This document shows, in pieces, positions 1-9,801 of a stretch of 64,000 bases of DNA (the first letter of the stretch is position 1; each line of letters starts with the position of its first letter). The position numbers were made by a program, and so were the translations under genes. The notes beneath the pieces are model-generated. The model made no database searches. It was not told the DNA's origin and worked only from the letters and a program-made list of their open reading frames with translations. Source of the stretch: an uncultured Methanosarcinales archaeon (lineage in GTDB: Archaea; Nanobdellota; Nanobdellia; Woesearchaeales; BS150m-G63); NCBI GenBank assembly GCA_964630685.1, contig CAZVVW010000001.1:30236-94235 (forward strand). Reading direction: 5' to 3'.

Positions 1-180
1 GCTAATATTGCAGCTAGTGTGATTATCCAACCAGTTTCTGGAAGTACAGAAACAACTGAAAGTGAAGGGATTGAGTTTGAGAACATGACTCCTCTTTTAT
101 TGGTGTTTAGCTTGGTTTTATTACTGCTTTTAGTGGTCGTATTGTTAATATTTGGATTTATTAAGAGGATGGAACTTTGA
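1..180 (+). CDS. 3' end of a secreted/surface protein (partial, start outside window); ends with hydrophobic TM anchor plus basic tail (LLLVFSLVLLLLLVVVLLIFGFIKRMEL*)
   Basis: Open frame from window edge to TGA at 178-180; C-terminal hydrophobic stretch followed by K/R tail, typical of a C-terminal membrane anchor on an archaeal surface protein. Confidence 0.4.
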   Translation, partial: ANIAASVIIQPVSGSTETTESEGIEFENMTPLLLVFSLVLLLLLVVVLLIFGFIKRMEL

Positions 181-267
181 ATATAATATAGAGGTTTTTT
201 CGAAAGATTTATATATCCCTTATTGATATTAAAGGTAGTATTCTGATGAAGAGTTCTAAAGATTAAA

Positions 268-915
268 ATGGATGAAGGACAAAATTTAATGAAAACAGGT
301 ACAACCACTTTAGGTATTGTTTGTAAAGATGGTATTGTACTTGGAGCTGACAGAAGGACAACTCTTGGTGGCCAATTGGTTGCTAATAAGAAAACTAAGA
401 AAGTATTACCGTTAACTGATAATATTTCAGTCACTATGGCTGGAACTGCTTCAGATGCTCAACTTATGATTAAGTTAGCACAAGCAGAATTAAGATTAAA
501 GCGAATAAGAATAGGTAGAGAATGTACTGTGAAAGAAGCTGCCAATCTTATGGCAAGAATGGTATACAATAATCTTAGAAAACCAAGCATGGTTCCAGGA
601 ATAAGTCATTTTTTGATGGCTGGAAGAGATAATCATAGTTATTATTTGTATGATATCTTTGCAGATGGAACAATTACTTTAGTTGATGATTATGTGTCAT
701 CTGGTTCTGGAAGCGTTATGGTTTATGGAGTTTTAGAAACTTTATATAAAAAAGAAATGACTATAGAAGAAGGGCTTAAGTTAATTGTTAAATCAATAAA
801 TGCTTCAATGCAGAGAGATACTGCATCTGGAAACGGAATAGATATTGTTGCAATTACTAAAGAAGGTGTAAAAACTGTTTTTGAAAAAGAAATTGATTCA
901 ACAATAAGCGCTTAA
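268..915 (+). CDS. psmB: Proteasome subunit beta (archaeal 20S proteasome; Ntn-hydrolase with Thr1 after propeptide)
   Basis: Motif TTLGIVCKDGIVLGADRRTTLG..., GTASDAQ and ~215 aa length are classic for archaeal PsmB. Confidence 0.9.
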   Translation: MDEGQNLMKTGTTTLGIVCKDGIVLGADRRTTLGGQLVANKKTKKVLPLTDNISVTMAGTASDAQLMIKLAQAELRLKRIRIGRECTVKEAANLMARMVYNNLRKPSMVPGISHFLMAGRDNHSYYLYDIFADGTITLVDDYVSSGSGSVMVYGVLETLYKKEMTIEEGLKLIVKSINASMQRDTASGNGIDIVAITKEGVKTVFEKEIDSTISA

Positions 916-1029
916 GCTTATGTTGATTATTTAATCGATAAATAAATTAAATGATTTTTATGAATTGAATATTAATTACAATATTCTTAATTAAATTTTT
1001 AATAAGATAAATATAAAGTGAAATGAAAA

Positions 1030-1140
1030 ATGAGTAAGATAACAAATGAAATATTACGAGAACAAGTTCTCGAAAGTTTTGCTTTTAATAGTCAAAACAA
1101 GAAGGAAATCTCTAAATTAGAAGGTGATATTTATGAGTAA
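1030..1140 (+). other. 36-codon upstream ORF whose N-terminus (MSKITNEILRE) duplicates the N-terminus of the downstream aCPSF1 gene (MSKITDEILKE); its stop (TAA 1138-1140) overlaps the main ATG (ATGAGTAA)
   Basis: Direct nucleotide repeat atgagtaagataacaaatgaaatatta (1030-) vs atgagtaagataacagacgaaatatta (1133-); complete ORF read by eye. Confidence 0.35.
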
Positions 1141-3028
1141 GATAACAGACGAAATATTAAAAGAAATTCCTGATGGAAAAATATCGGAAGTAAATTTTGA
1201 GGGCGCTAATATTGTGCTCTATACAAAAGATGAAGATTTTTTCTTTAATAATAATGGCATGGTAAGAGATATTGTGCATAAATTCAAGAAAAGAATAGAA
1301 TTAAGACCAGATCCTGCAATTTGTATGGATGCTGAATTAGTAAAGAAAAAAATAAAAGAATTATTACCAGAAGAAACTGGAATAGATAATATTATTTTTG
1401 ATCCAAAAAGAAGTAGAGTTATAATTGAAGTTGAAAAGCCAGGTTTGGCTATTGGAAAACAAGGTAGTCTTCTTAGAGAGATAAAAAATGAAACTTTGTG
1501 GATTCCTCAGGTAAGAAGAAAACCTGCAATAAGGTGTAAATTAATAGAAGGAATTCGTGCGGTTTTGTATCAAAATTCTGAATCAAGAAGAAAATTTTTA
1601 GATAAAGTAGGGCATAGAGTATATGATGGTTGGATAAGAGCTAAAAAAGAAGAGTGGATAAGGTTAACTTATCTTGGTGGAGGAAGAGAGGTTGGAAGAA
1701 GTTGTTTATTTTTACAGACTCCTGAATCAAGGATATTATTAGATTGTGGAGTGAATGTAGCATCTGATAAATATGCGTATCCTCATTTAGAGGCACCTGA
1801 ATTTAAAATAGATGAATTGGATGCTGTGCTTTTGAGTCATTCACATATAGATCATTGTGGATTTATTCCTTATTTGTTTAAGTATGGATATAAAGGCCCT
1901 GTTTATTGTACAGCGCCAACAAGGGATGTTTCTGCTTTATTGCTATTAGATTATGTTAAAATTATGAGATCTGAAGGGAAAGAACCAATATTTACATCTA
2001 AAGAAGTTGAACAGATGGTTAAACACACTATTTGTCTTGAATATGGTGCTGTTACTGATGTTACTCCAGATATTAGAATTACTTTGTATAACGCTGGTCA
2101 TATTCTTGGTAGTGCAATGATACATATGAATGTGGGTAATGGGTTACATAATTTACTTTATACTGGAGATATGAAGTTTGGTAGAACAAAATTATTAGAA
2201 CCAGCTGTAACTGAATTTCCTAGGCTTGAAACTTTAATGATTGAATCTACATATGGGAAAAAAGAAGATGTACTTCCTTCAAGAAAAGAATGTGAAGATA
2301 TGATGGGTAATATCATAACTGAAACACTTAATAGAAACTCAAAAGTGTTAATACCAGTACTCGGTTCTGGAAGAGCACAAGAAGTATTATTGATTATTGA
2401 TGATTTGATTACTAAAGGGGCAATTAAAGAAGATGTTCCTGTATATATTGATGGAATGGTTTGGGATATAACAGCAATCCATACTGCATATCCTGAGTTT
2501 TTGAATAATTCGGTTAGAAAATTAATATTCCATAAAGACCAAAATCCTTTTTTGAGAGAAAACTTTAAACAAGTTGGTAGTAAAAAAGAAAGGCAAGGCG
2601 TTATTGAAGACGAAGGTGCTTGTATAATCATGGCTACATCTGGTATGCTTGTAGGTGGACCTAGCGTAGAATATTTAAAGAATTTATCTTCTAATCCTAA
2701 AAATTCTATGATTTTTGTGAGTTATCAGGGAGAAGGTTCCTTAGGTAGGAAAATTCAAAGAGGAGTTAAAGAATTTTCACTTATGTCTGGCCAAAAACAG
2801 AATACTTATCAATTGAATATGGAAGTCCATACAATTGATGGTTTATCAGGTCATAGTGGTAGAAGAGAATTGATGAATTTTGTGTATAGATGTCATCCAA
2901 AACCAAAAAAAGTGATTGTAAATCATGGTGAAAGTTCTAAAACATTAGATTTAGCTTCCTCTTTACATAAAGCAAATAGAATAGAGACCGCCGCACCACA
3001 AGATTTAGAGACTATTAGGATAAAATAA
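1133..3028 (+). CDS. Archaeal CPSF1 / FttA-type ribonuclease (N-terminal KH domains + metallo-beta-lactamase + beta-CASP); transcription termination factor homologue
   Basis: HSHIDHCGF metallo-beta-lactamase motif, beta-CASP region, ~630 aa; GGTGAT Shine-Dalgarno 6 nt upstream of ATG 1133 (the ORF track's start at 1124 is a GTG just upstream). Confidence 0.9.
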   Translation: MSKITDEILKEIPDGKISEVNFEGANIVLYTKDEDFFFNNNGMVRDIVHKFKKRIELRPDPAICMDAELVKKKIKELLPEETGIDNIIFDPKRSRVIIEVEKPGLAIGKQGSLLREIKNETLWIPQVRRKPAIRCKLIEGIRAVLYQNSESRRKFLDKVGHRVYDGWIRAKKEEWIRLTYLGGGREVGRSCLFLQTPESRILLDCGVNVASDKYAYPHLEAPEFKIDELDAVLLSHSHIDHCGFIPYLFKYGYKGPVYCTAPTRDVSALLLLDYVKIMRSEGKEPIFTSKEVEQMVKHTICLEYGAVTDVTPDIRITLYNAGHILGSAMIHMNVGNGLHNLLYTGDMKFGRTKLLEPAVTEFPRLETLMIESTYGKKEDVLPSRKECEDMMGNIITETLNRNSKVLIPVLGSGRAQEVLLIIDDLITKGAIKEDVPVYIDGMVWDITAIHTAYPEFLNNSVRKLIFHKDQNPFLRENFKQVGSKKERQGVIEDEGACIIMATSGMLVGGPSVEYLKNLSSNPKNSMIFVSYQGEGSLGRKIQRGVKEFSLMSGQKQNTYQLNMEVHTIDGLSGHSGRRELMNFVYRCHPKPKKVIVNHGESSKTLDLASSLHKANRIETAAPQDLETIRIK

Positions 3029-3152
3029 AATTAAATGATGAAATTTAGTGTTTTCACTACTTCTTAATGATAATAATAGAAAGTTTTATAAATGGATAAA
3101 GGGTAATTTGTTCACGAGACAAATTGGTCAATAAAAAAAAGATTTAGGGTTA

Positions 3153-3551
3153 ATGAAATTAAATGATGTTTCTGTTTCGTTAGATTCTACTACATTAAAT
3201 TCATTTAAAGAATTATCTTTAGCAAGTCAAAAACTTAGTAGTCAATGGAATGGAATTAATTTGGGGGCAGAACAAGCGTTGAGTTCATTGAGGGCCACTG
3301 TTTCTCCAATGGCTGAATCTCTTTCAAAGTTACAGCAAGATTATGCTTCAATGATGAGTTCTAATATTAATATTGATAATTTATTGAGCGGGGCAGAAAG
3401 TATGAGTGAATCTGTTGTTGGTGCTTCAAGTTTGATGGGTGAAGCGCTTGGAAATTATAGGGATGCGTTGAATACTAAAATATCTGACACTAATTTTGGT
3501 GGGTTGATTTCTCAGACAGAATTGTTTAAACAAGGTGGCAGTCTTTATTGA
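3153..3551 (+). CDS. Hypothetical Ser-rich protein; codon composition visibly less AT-biased than neighbours
   Basis: ORF only; no recognisable family. Confidence 0.3.
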   Translation: MKLNDVSVSLDSTTLNSFKELSLASQKLSSQWNGINLGAEQALSSLRATVSPMAESLSKLQQDYASMMSSNINIDNLLSGAESMSESVVGASSLMGEALGNYRDALNTKISDTNFGGLISQTELFKQGGSLY

Positions 3552-3838
3552 GTATTGTCCCTGCTTCGAATGCTGTTTTTGATGATAGTCCATTCTCATC
3601 TAATGAATGTGGTAAATCTAAATGGTTTCAGAGGGGAAATCACACTGCTTATGCAGGTGCTGGATTGCTTGTTTTAACTAGCTTCACAGGTCTGGGTGTT
3701 GGATATGCATTGGGTGCTAAAGCATTGATTGATTCTTATTCAGTGTTAATTGCTTCAGGTGTTGGATTGGCTAGTTGGTGTGCAGGAAATGCTATGGATA
3801 TTGCTGGAATTAATGATAAAGAGAAAAAGTATTGTTAG
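3548..3838 (+). CDS. Hypothetical small Gly-rich membrane protein; no ATG start (TTG), possibly the frameshifted continuation of 3153..3551
   Basis: ORF open from 3530 with no ATG; hydrophobic Gly-rich helices. Confidence 0.2.
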   Translation: MSIVPASNAVFDDSPFSSNECGKSKWFQRGNHTAYAGAGLLVLTSFTGLGVGYALGAKALIDSYSVLIASGVGLASWCAGNAMDIAGINDKEKKYC

Positions 3839-5107
3839 CTAATTTATTTCAACAGCTCTTAAATCATGGATGGTTGTTTTTATTATTTTTATTTTTATTT
3901 CTTGGCCTAAAGGATAGTTTCCTTCAACTATAATCTGTTTGTAGTGTTGATTTCTTCCTATAGATGTGTTGTTTTTTCCCTTTTCATCTATCACTATATT
4001 TCCTTTCCAATTTTTCCATTTTTTGTTGTTTTGAAATGCATTCCAATGGAAAGTTCTGGTTAGTTTTCCTGAACGTTCTTTGATCTGTATTCCAGGAGTT
4101 TGTTTTAATTTTCCTGCTGGAGTGTTTGGTCTTTTCCAAAATTTTGAGATGTTTAGCACATCTGGTTTGATTTCTTCTATTAATTTTATTGAATCCTGAA
4201 ATTGTTCATCTGTTTCTCCAGGAAATCCACAGATTATGTCTGTTGCTAAAGTTATGTTTGGATGTGCTTTTTTGAATTCTTGTATTATTTTTTTGAAATC
4301 TTCTATTTTGTATTTCCTGCCCATCTTTTTTAAGACAATGTTGTTTCCTGACTGGACAGGGATATGAATAAATTTAAACATTCTTGGTGAATTGAAAATC
4401 TCTATTAGTTCTGGTAAATATTTTATTATGTGATCTGGGTTTGCCATGCCTAATCTTATTCTGTGATTTCCTGGAATTTTGATTAAGTCTTTTAGGAGTC
4501 TTGGCAGGTTTGTTTTTATGTCTAATCCATAAGCGCCTGTGTCTTGTGAGGTGAGCCAAATTTCTTTTACTTTATTTTTTGATGCTTGAATTACTTTTTT
4601 TATTATTTCATTTGGGTTGTATGAGAGAAGTTCTCCTCTTGCTTTTTTTGTTAAACAATAAGTGCAGTGGCCTAAACATCCGGTGTTTATGGGGATTATT
4701 TCAATTATCTCTTTGTGATTTATTTTTGGGAAGGCGAGTCTTTTTGGTTGTTTTTCTTCTGCTATTAGAATTACTGTGTTTCCTTGGAGTGTTTCTTCAA
4801 CTACTTCTGAAATATGTTTTAGTTGATAGGTACCTATTAGAGAATATCCTTTTAGTGCGTTGAGTGTTGGTTGTGCTTGAGGAATACATCCTGCGATGAT
4901 TGTTGGTTTTTTTGGTAATTCTTTGATTCTTTTTAAGAAAGCAGAATCTGTAGGGGATTTTACTGTGCAAGTGTTTAAGATTATTAAATCTGATTTGTTT
5001 ATGTCTTTAGTTAGCTGGAAGCCATCTTTAACTAGTAACCCTTGCATTGTTTCAGTGTCTGCTAGATTTAATGAGCAACCATAGGTTTCAAAGTATATTT
5101 TTTCCAT
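3839..5107 (-). CDS. Radical-SAM methylthiotransferase, MiaB/RimO family (archaeal e-MtaB/CDKAL1-like tRNA methylthiotransferase)
   Basis: N-terminal MTTase domain (FETYGCSLNLADTE), radical SAM CxxxCxxC (GCLGHCTYC), TRAM-like C-terminus. The likely start is MEKIYFETYGC at 5107; the ORF-track start at 5179 adds 24 non-conserved residues. Confidence 0.85.
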   Translation of the reverse strand: MEKIYFETYGCSLNLADTETMQGLLVKDGFQLTKDINKSDLIILNTCTVKSPTDSAFLKRIKELPKKPTIIAGCIPQAQPTLNALKGYSLIGTYQLKHISEVVEETLQGNTVILIAEEKQPKRLAFPKINHKEIIEIIPINTGCLGHCTYCLTKKARGELLSYNPNEIIKKVIQASKNKVKEIWLTSQDTGAYGLDIKTNLPRLLKDLIKIPGNHRIRLGMANPDHIIKYLPELIEIFNSPRMFKFIHIPVQSGNNIVLKKMGRKYKIEDFKKIIQEFKKAHPNITLATDIICGFPGETDEQFQDSIKLIEEIKPDVLNISKFWKRPNTPAGKLKQTPGIQIKERSGKLTRTFHWNAFQNNKKWKNWKGNIVIDEKGKNNTSIGRNQHYKQIIVEGNYPLGQEIKIKIIKTTIHDLRAVEIN

Positions 5108-5194
5108 AATATAAGTGATATTTAATGGGTTTTTTAAATTTATGCTGAAAAAAGGCAAGTTTTTTAAAACATTTATCACTTTTTAGTAGATATA

Positions 5195-6664
5195 ATGGTA
5201 GAAAATGATTGGTTAAAGGAATTTGGCACTAAAGAGTATAAAGAAAAGTTAGAAAAAGAACAGCTCGAAAGGTGGGAAATCCAGGGTTTTTATGAAGATT
5301 TGTTTGATAGTGTGGATTTGAGAGATCTTTTTATAGGTACAAAACTTAAACATCATGATTTAACTCTTAATTCTATTGCAAATAAAAAAAATATAAGTGT
5401 TTTAACTGAAAATAATCTTTTAGATACTAAAGAAGGTTCATATATTTTGAAGCAGGGAAAATCCTTACTTGCTACACATAAATTAGTGGATCCATTATAT
5501 CCAGTGGGATATGATCTAACTGAATTTTCTCACAATGTAGATGTTGTTGGAGGGATTTCTGGTAGTGTTTCTGTTGATATTTCTAATAAATTAAATGATT
5601 TTGGATATAAATCTGAAGGAATGTTAGATATAGAGTTTTTTGAAAGAACTCAATTTTTAGAGAAGTTAGAAGAAGTTGTTAAAATAAAAGAAGGCCAAAA
5701 TTATGATTTAAGTGGATTGAAAAAAGAACTGGGTAATGAATTATTTGATGATTCTGAAAAGATTCATTTGAAATATGTTGTTGCTTCTGATAAAAGGGAT
5801 AGGAAAGCTGAGCCTATGTTTATTCCGGCTTATGTGGGGATTGGAACTAATAGGCCATATACTTTTGGAAGAAAAGGCGCTTCACATGATCGATTTTATA
5901 GATTTGATTTGGGGAGTGGTTATATTTCTCAGTGTGATGTGGGGTTGAAAAATATCGGTAAGAGCATGGATAAATTTATTATTGATAGATTTTCAAATAT
6001 GGCTATAGATGAACTTGAAGCAATGCTTGAAAACTTTGTTGGAAAAAAGAATGCTGTTGTTTTTGCTAAAAAGATGAAAAGAAAGCCAAAGAAAACTTTA
6101 GATGATGTTTTTTCTAATTATAGCAATTATAGCACAATTTATGGTGGGGAGTACGATGGAGACCCACTTTATATTTTAAGAAAATTAGCCCTTGTTAAAG
6201 ATAAAGGAAATAATTATTTTATTGATGTTAAGAAAAAAGAATCTTTCTTTAAAGTTAGAGATTATTTGGGTGAATTTTTTAAGTGTAAAAATTTTGGTGT
6301 TGAAGGATTTAGGGGTGATGGAGATATTGCTAAAAAATTAAGTGAGTGTTTTTATGAATTTCCTTATTATTTTGCTAGTGAATTTGATTCAATGAAGTTT
6401 GTGGATAAATATCCTAAGATAGTTGAAAAGGTTCCCATTACTCTTTTTAGTGGGGCAGAACATGTTTTTGGAGCTAATAAAAAAATGTCTGTTCAGGATG
6501 CTTTAGCAATCCAATCAGAAGATTATATTGAGAGATTGAAGTATGGTAGTTTTATTGCTGCGACATATCTTAATACTGGCTTTTTAGATTCAATTAAAAA
6601 ACATTTATGGAATGAGAAAGTGAATAAGACTGCAGTGGATTATGAGAATTTTTTTAAGGAATAA
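5195..6664 (+). CDS. Hypothetical protein (489 aa), no recognisable domain
   Basis: Long ORF with coding-like composition; divergent from the methylthiotransferase gene. Confidence 0.4.
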   Translation: MVENDWLKEFGTKEYKEKLEKEQLERWEIQGFYEDLFDSVDLRDLFIGTKLKHHDLTLNSIANKKNISVLTENNLLDTKEGSYILKQGKSLLATHKLVDPLYPVGYDLTEFSHNVDVVGGISGSVSVDISNKLNDFGYKSEGMLDIEFFERTQFLEKLEEVVKIKEGQNYDLSGLKKELGNELFDDSEKIHLKYVVASDKRDRKAEPMFIPAYVGIGTNRPYTFGRKGASHDRFYRFDLGSGYISQCDVGLKNIGKSMDKFIIDRFSNMAIDELEAMLENFVGKKNAVVFAKKMKRKPKKTLDDVFSNYSNYSTIYGGEYDGDPLYILRKLALVKDKGNNYFIDVKKKESFFKVRDYLGEFFKCKNFGVEGFRGDGDIAKKLSECFYEFPYYFASEFDSMKFVDKYPKIVEKVPITLFSGAEHVFGANKKMSVQDALAIQSEDYIERLKYGSFIAATYLNTGFLDSIKKHLWNEKVNKTAVDYENFFKE

Positions 6665-6939
6665 GAAAAGTATTTATAATATTTGAATTCTTATTGATTT
6701 ATTGTTTTTACTAATTAGTAAAAACTATATTGTAGGGGATATATGTTGGAATATAACAATATTTAAATACTATTTGCGACTATTGAGTGATAATAGTTTA
6801 TAAGCTTATGGAGAATAAGATTCTCTTTAATATTAACTAAAATTTAACTTAAAAAGTTTGGGGGTAAAATACCAAGAAGACTCATTTATTCGTCTTCAAG
6901 GTTTTTTACAATTATATTAAATTTAGGGGGTAAAAAACA

Positions 6940-9759
6940 ATGAAAAAATTATTTTTGTTATTATTAGTTTTCTTATTAGTACCTTTAGCACATGCTCTTA
7001 ATGTAACTCATTCTGGAAGTTTTACTGCTGGAGAAAGTCTAAATATTACAGTAGACATAGAAGATGATAGTTACACTGGCGATGTATATTGGAACACTAC
7101 TACAGATTCTGATTTGACATGGAGTTTAGTCAATGGTAGCGGAACATTTAATGCTGCTGGAATGAATTATACTTTTGATGTCAATGACTCTGGTGTTGTT
7201 ATTTTAGGTCTTTCAAGCAATGTTGCTGAAGAATTTGACCTTACTGTTAAGAACAGCACTGAGATAAATGTTACAGGTATCACTGTTAATCCTGCTGATG
7301 CAACAGCATTTTTTGTTGAGCATGAAGGGGAAGGGGTTGCAGGATCACCAATAGATATTAACTTATTGGCAAAAGATCAATATGGAAATGTTGCTAATTA
7401 TACTGGATATGCTTTATTGACTACAACTGTAGCTGATTTTGATACACTCACATGGTTAGAAGGATCTGCTTGGAATGGTCCTGGTGTCTGGAAGTATGAT
7501 TTTTCAGGAAATGGTAATGTAACGATTAATTTGATCAACACCAAAGTAGAAAGTATCACAATTACTGCAGATAATGCATTTTTAGAAGGAGATACTTCTG
7601 ATGCATTAGTTATTTCTGCATCCGATATGGATTACTTTGCTGTGATTCACGAAGGTTATGGAACTGTTGGAAGTACAGAAACAGTTACTGTTACTGCACA
7701 AGATCAGTACAATAACACTGTTTTAGATTATATTGGTGATTACACAATCACAACTACTGCAACTTATGCAGATAATCTAACATGGAATCCAATAGCGCCT
7801 TATGTATTTACTGCAAGTGATAATGGTGTTACTACAATGACTGTTAGTTCAAGTGTAGCACAAGATTTTACAATCACTGCTACAGATATTGATGGTAATA
7901 CAGGAACTTCAGAAACATTGAGTTTTGCAACCCCAACAATCAGTGCATCACCCAATTCAGGAGATATAGAAGATACAATCACTGTTACTGGAAGCGGATT
8001 TGGCCCTACTGCTAGTGTAGATGTTAAATTAGACGGAACAACGGTTAATTCAACAACTACTGATGCAGATGGTGAATTAAGTGCAATTTTTGTTGTACCA
8101 CAAATTGCTAACGGAACATACAATATTACAGCAGGAATAGCAAACTTTGAGTTTGATGTAAATCCAACTTATGTTGGTTTTGAAGCAACAGAATCTACAA
8201 CTGCTTTAATTGTTAATCCAATTGCTGGCTCAACAGGAACAACAACTTTTGTTGTTAGTGCTTTAGGTAATATGTTAGTGAATGTTACTAGTATAACAGC
8301 AACTGAATTAACAAATGATGGAACTTACACCATTAGCAATGTTTCATTTAGCCCAAGCGCATTTGAAGTTGAATGGGATGGAAGTCAAAAAGTTGATGCG
8401 ATTATTACTTTAGAAGGAGAACCTGTTGAAGGAACTTATGAAGGAGAAATAATTGTAGTGGATAGTACAGGTGGTTTTGCTGAAGTGCCATTATCAGTTG
8501 AACTTACAACTGGTGTTTATGGGTTAGCTGTTGCTGATACTTTGAGCATTAGCGGAAACGATGAAGATACTACTAAAACTGCAACATTAACTTTAACTAA
8601 CAATGGAACACTTGATTTAAGCGGAATAGCTTTAACTTATGCCTCAAGTGATTCAAGCAATGGGAAAGTTAGTTTCAGCGCAACAGATGCTTTAGCAGCA
8701 GGCGCTTCACAAAGTGTGACTGTTACTGCAAATATAACTAATTTAGATGTTGGAACTTATTCAGGAACAATTACTGTAAGTACTACTGAAGGAGTCGGCG
8801 ATACTGTTGCTGTAACTATAATTGTTACAGAAGCACCTCTTGAACTTTTAGTTATTTGGGATGTTGATAGTAATGAAGAAAACAATCTAGATGATGATGA
8901 AGAACTTAATTCAATAAGCCCTGGAGAAACCCTTACTTTAGATGTTACTGTTAAGAATAAAGACAATACAGACATGGAAGATGTTGTTGTTATTGTAACT
9001 ATAAGAGATATTGATGATGGAGATGACTTGGAAGCTGAATATGATATTGGAGATATTAATGATGGAGATACTGAAGAAGCATCTTTTAGTTTTGATATTC
9101 CCTGGGAATTAGACAGCGCAAGTTATGATTTAGATATTGAAATCGAAGGCGAAGATGAAGATGGAGAAGAATATACTGATGAATGGACAATTATATTAGA
9201 TGTTGAAAAAGCTACACATGATGTTGCTGTATCTGATGCAGATTTAGGATCAAGTATTCTTAAATGTGTTAGAAGTACATCTTTAATGATTGACATTACA
9301 AACATTGGTGAAAGGGACGAAAATGATATTGTGTTATCTGTTGAAAGTTCAGAATTAGGAATTTCTTTTTTAAAGAAAGATATTGATCTGGATGAAGCAG
9401 AAACATATTCAGAAACAATACCCATTTCATTAAGTGACAGCTTTTCAGCAGGAACTTATGGAATAACAATAAAAACATATTATGACGAAGATGAATATGA
9501 TGACAATGACATGACAGATTATAATGTTGTTAATTTAGTTGTTGAAGATTGTGTTACCACAACTCCTACAACACCAACGACTCCCACAACACCACCAGCA
9601 CCAACTCCAACTGGAGCTGCTGGAGCTGATATACCAACTTCATCTGAAGGATTTTCAGATTCTATTGGTTATGCAGTTACTTTAGTGTTAGCTAATTTAG
9701 TGTTGTTAGTGATTATAATCTTCGTACTTGTGAAGATATTCACGCCAAGAAAGCCTTAA
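6940..9759 (+). CDS. Large secreted cell-surface protein (939 aa): Sec signal peptide, Thr/Asn-rich Ig-like region, acidic D/E-rich region, TTPTTPTTPTTPPAPTP linker, C-terminal TM anchor
   Basis: N-terminal MKKLFLLLLVFLLVPLAHA; C-terminal ...VTLVLANLVLLVIIIFVLVKIFTPRKP; putative SD agggggt upstream. Confidence 0.6.
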   Translation: MKKLFLLLLVFLLVPLAHALNVTHSGSFTAGESLNITVDIEDDSYTGDVYWNTTTDSDLTWSLVNGSGTFNAAGMNYTFDVNDSGVVILGLSSNVAEEFDLTVKNSTEINVTGITVNPADATAFFVEHEGEGVAGSPIDINLLAKDQYGNVANYTGYALLTTTVADFDTLTWLEGSAWNGPGVWKYDFSGNGNVTINLINTKVESITITADNAFLEGDTSDALVISASDMDYFAVIHEGYGTVGSTETVTVTAQDQYNNTVLDYIGDYTITTTATYADNLTWNPIAPYVFTASDNGVTTMTVSSSVAQDFTITATDIDGNTGTSETLSFATPTISASPNSGDIEDTITVTGSGFGPTASVDVKLDGTTVNSTTTDADGELSAIFVVPQIANGTYNITAGIANFEFDVNPTYVGFEATESTTALIVNPIAGSTGTTTFVVSALGNMLVNVTSITATELTNDGTYTISNVSFSPSAFEVEWDGSQKVDAIITLEGEPVEGTYEGEIIVVDSTGGFAEVPLSVELTTGVYGLAVADTLSISGNDEDTTKTATLTLTNNGTLDLSGIALTYASSDSSNGKVSFSATDALAAGASQSVTVTANITNLDVGTYSGTITVSTTEGVGDTVAVTIIVTEAPLELLVIWDVDSNEENNLDDDEELNSISPGETLTLDVTVKNKDNTDMEDVVVIVTIRDIDDGDDLEAEYDIGDINDGDTEEASFSFDIPWELDSASYDLDIEIEGEDEDGEEYTDEWTIILDVEKATHDVAVSDADLGSSILKCVRSTSLMIDITNIGERDENDIVLSVESSELGISFLKKDIDLDEAETYSETIPISLSDSFSAGTYGITIKTYYDEDEYDDNDMTDYNVVNLVVEDCVTTTPTTPTTPTTPPAPTPTGAAGADIPTSSEGFSDSIGYAVTLVLANLVLLVIIIFVLVKIFTPRKP

Positions 9760-9763
9760 TTGG

Positions 9764-9790
9764 CTTTATTTTTTTCTTTTTTTCTTTTTA
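9764..9790 (+). terminator. Oligo-T tract (archaeal-type intrinsic terminator) after the surface protein gene
   Basis: tttatttttttctttttttcttttt immediately after the stop. Confidence 0.4.
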
Positions 9791-9801
9791 GAATTAGATT
9801 A

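Noticed and set aside
916-1123. Looked for tRNA/ncRNA genes in AT-rich intergenic regions (916-1123, 6665-6939, 18438-18665, 32553-32772, 62705-62891)
   Set aside because: No GC-rich cloverleaf-like segments; the only structured elements are short hairpins or palindromes listed above.
2158-2631. Antisense ORFs inside large conserved genes (e.g. 2158..2631-, 4374..4559-, 7800..8123-, 8757..8975-, 17678..18076+, 21792..22049-, 45049..45459-, 57680..58084-)
   Set aside because: They lie opposite strongly supported genes, are low-complexity or skewed in composition, and have no recognisable motifs; spurious.
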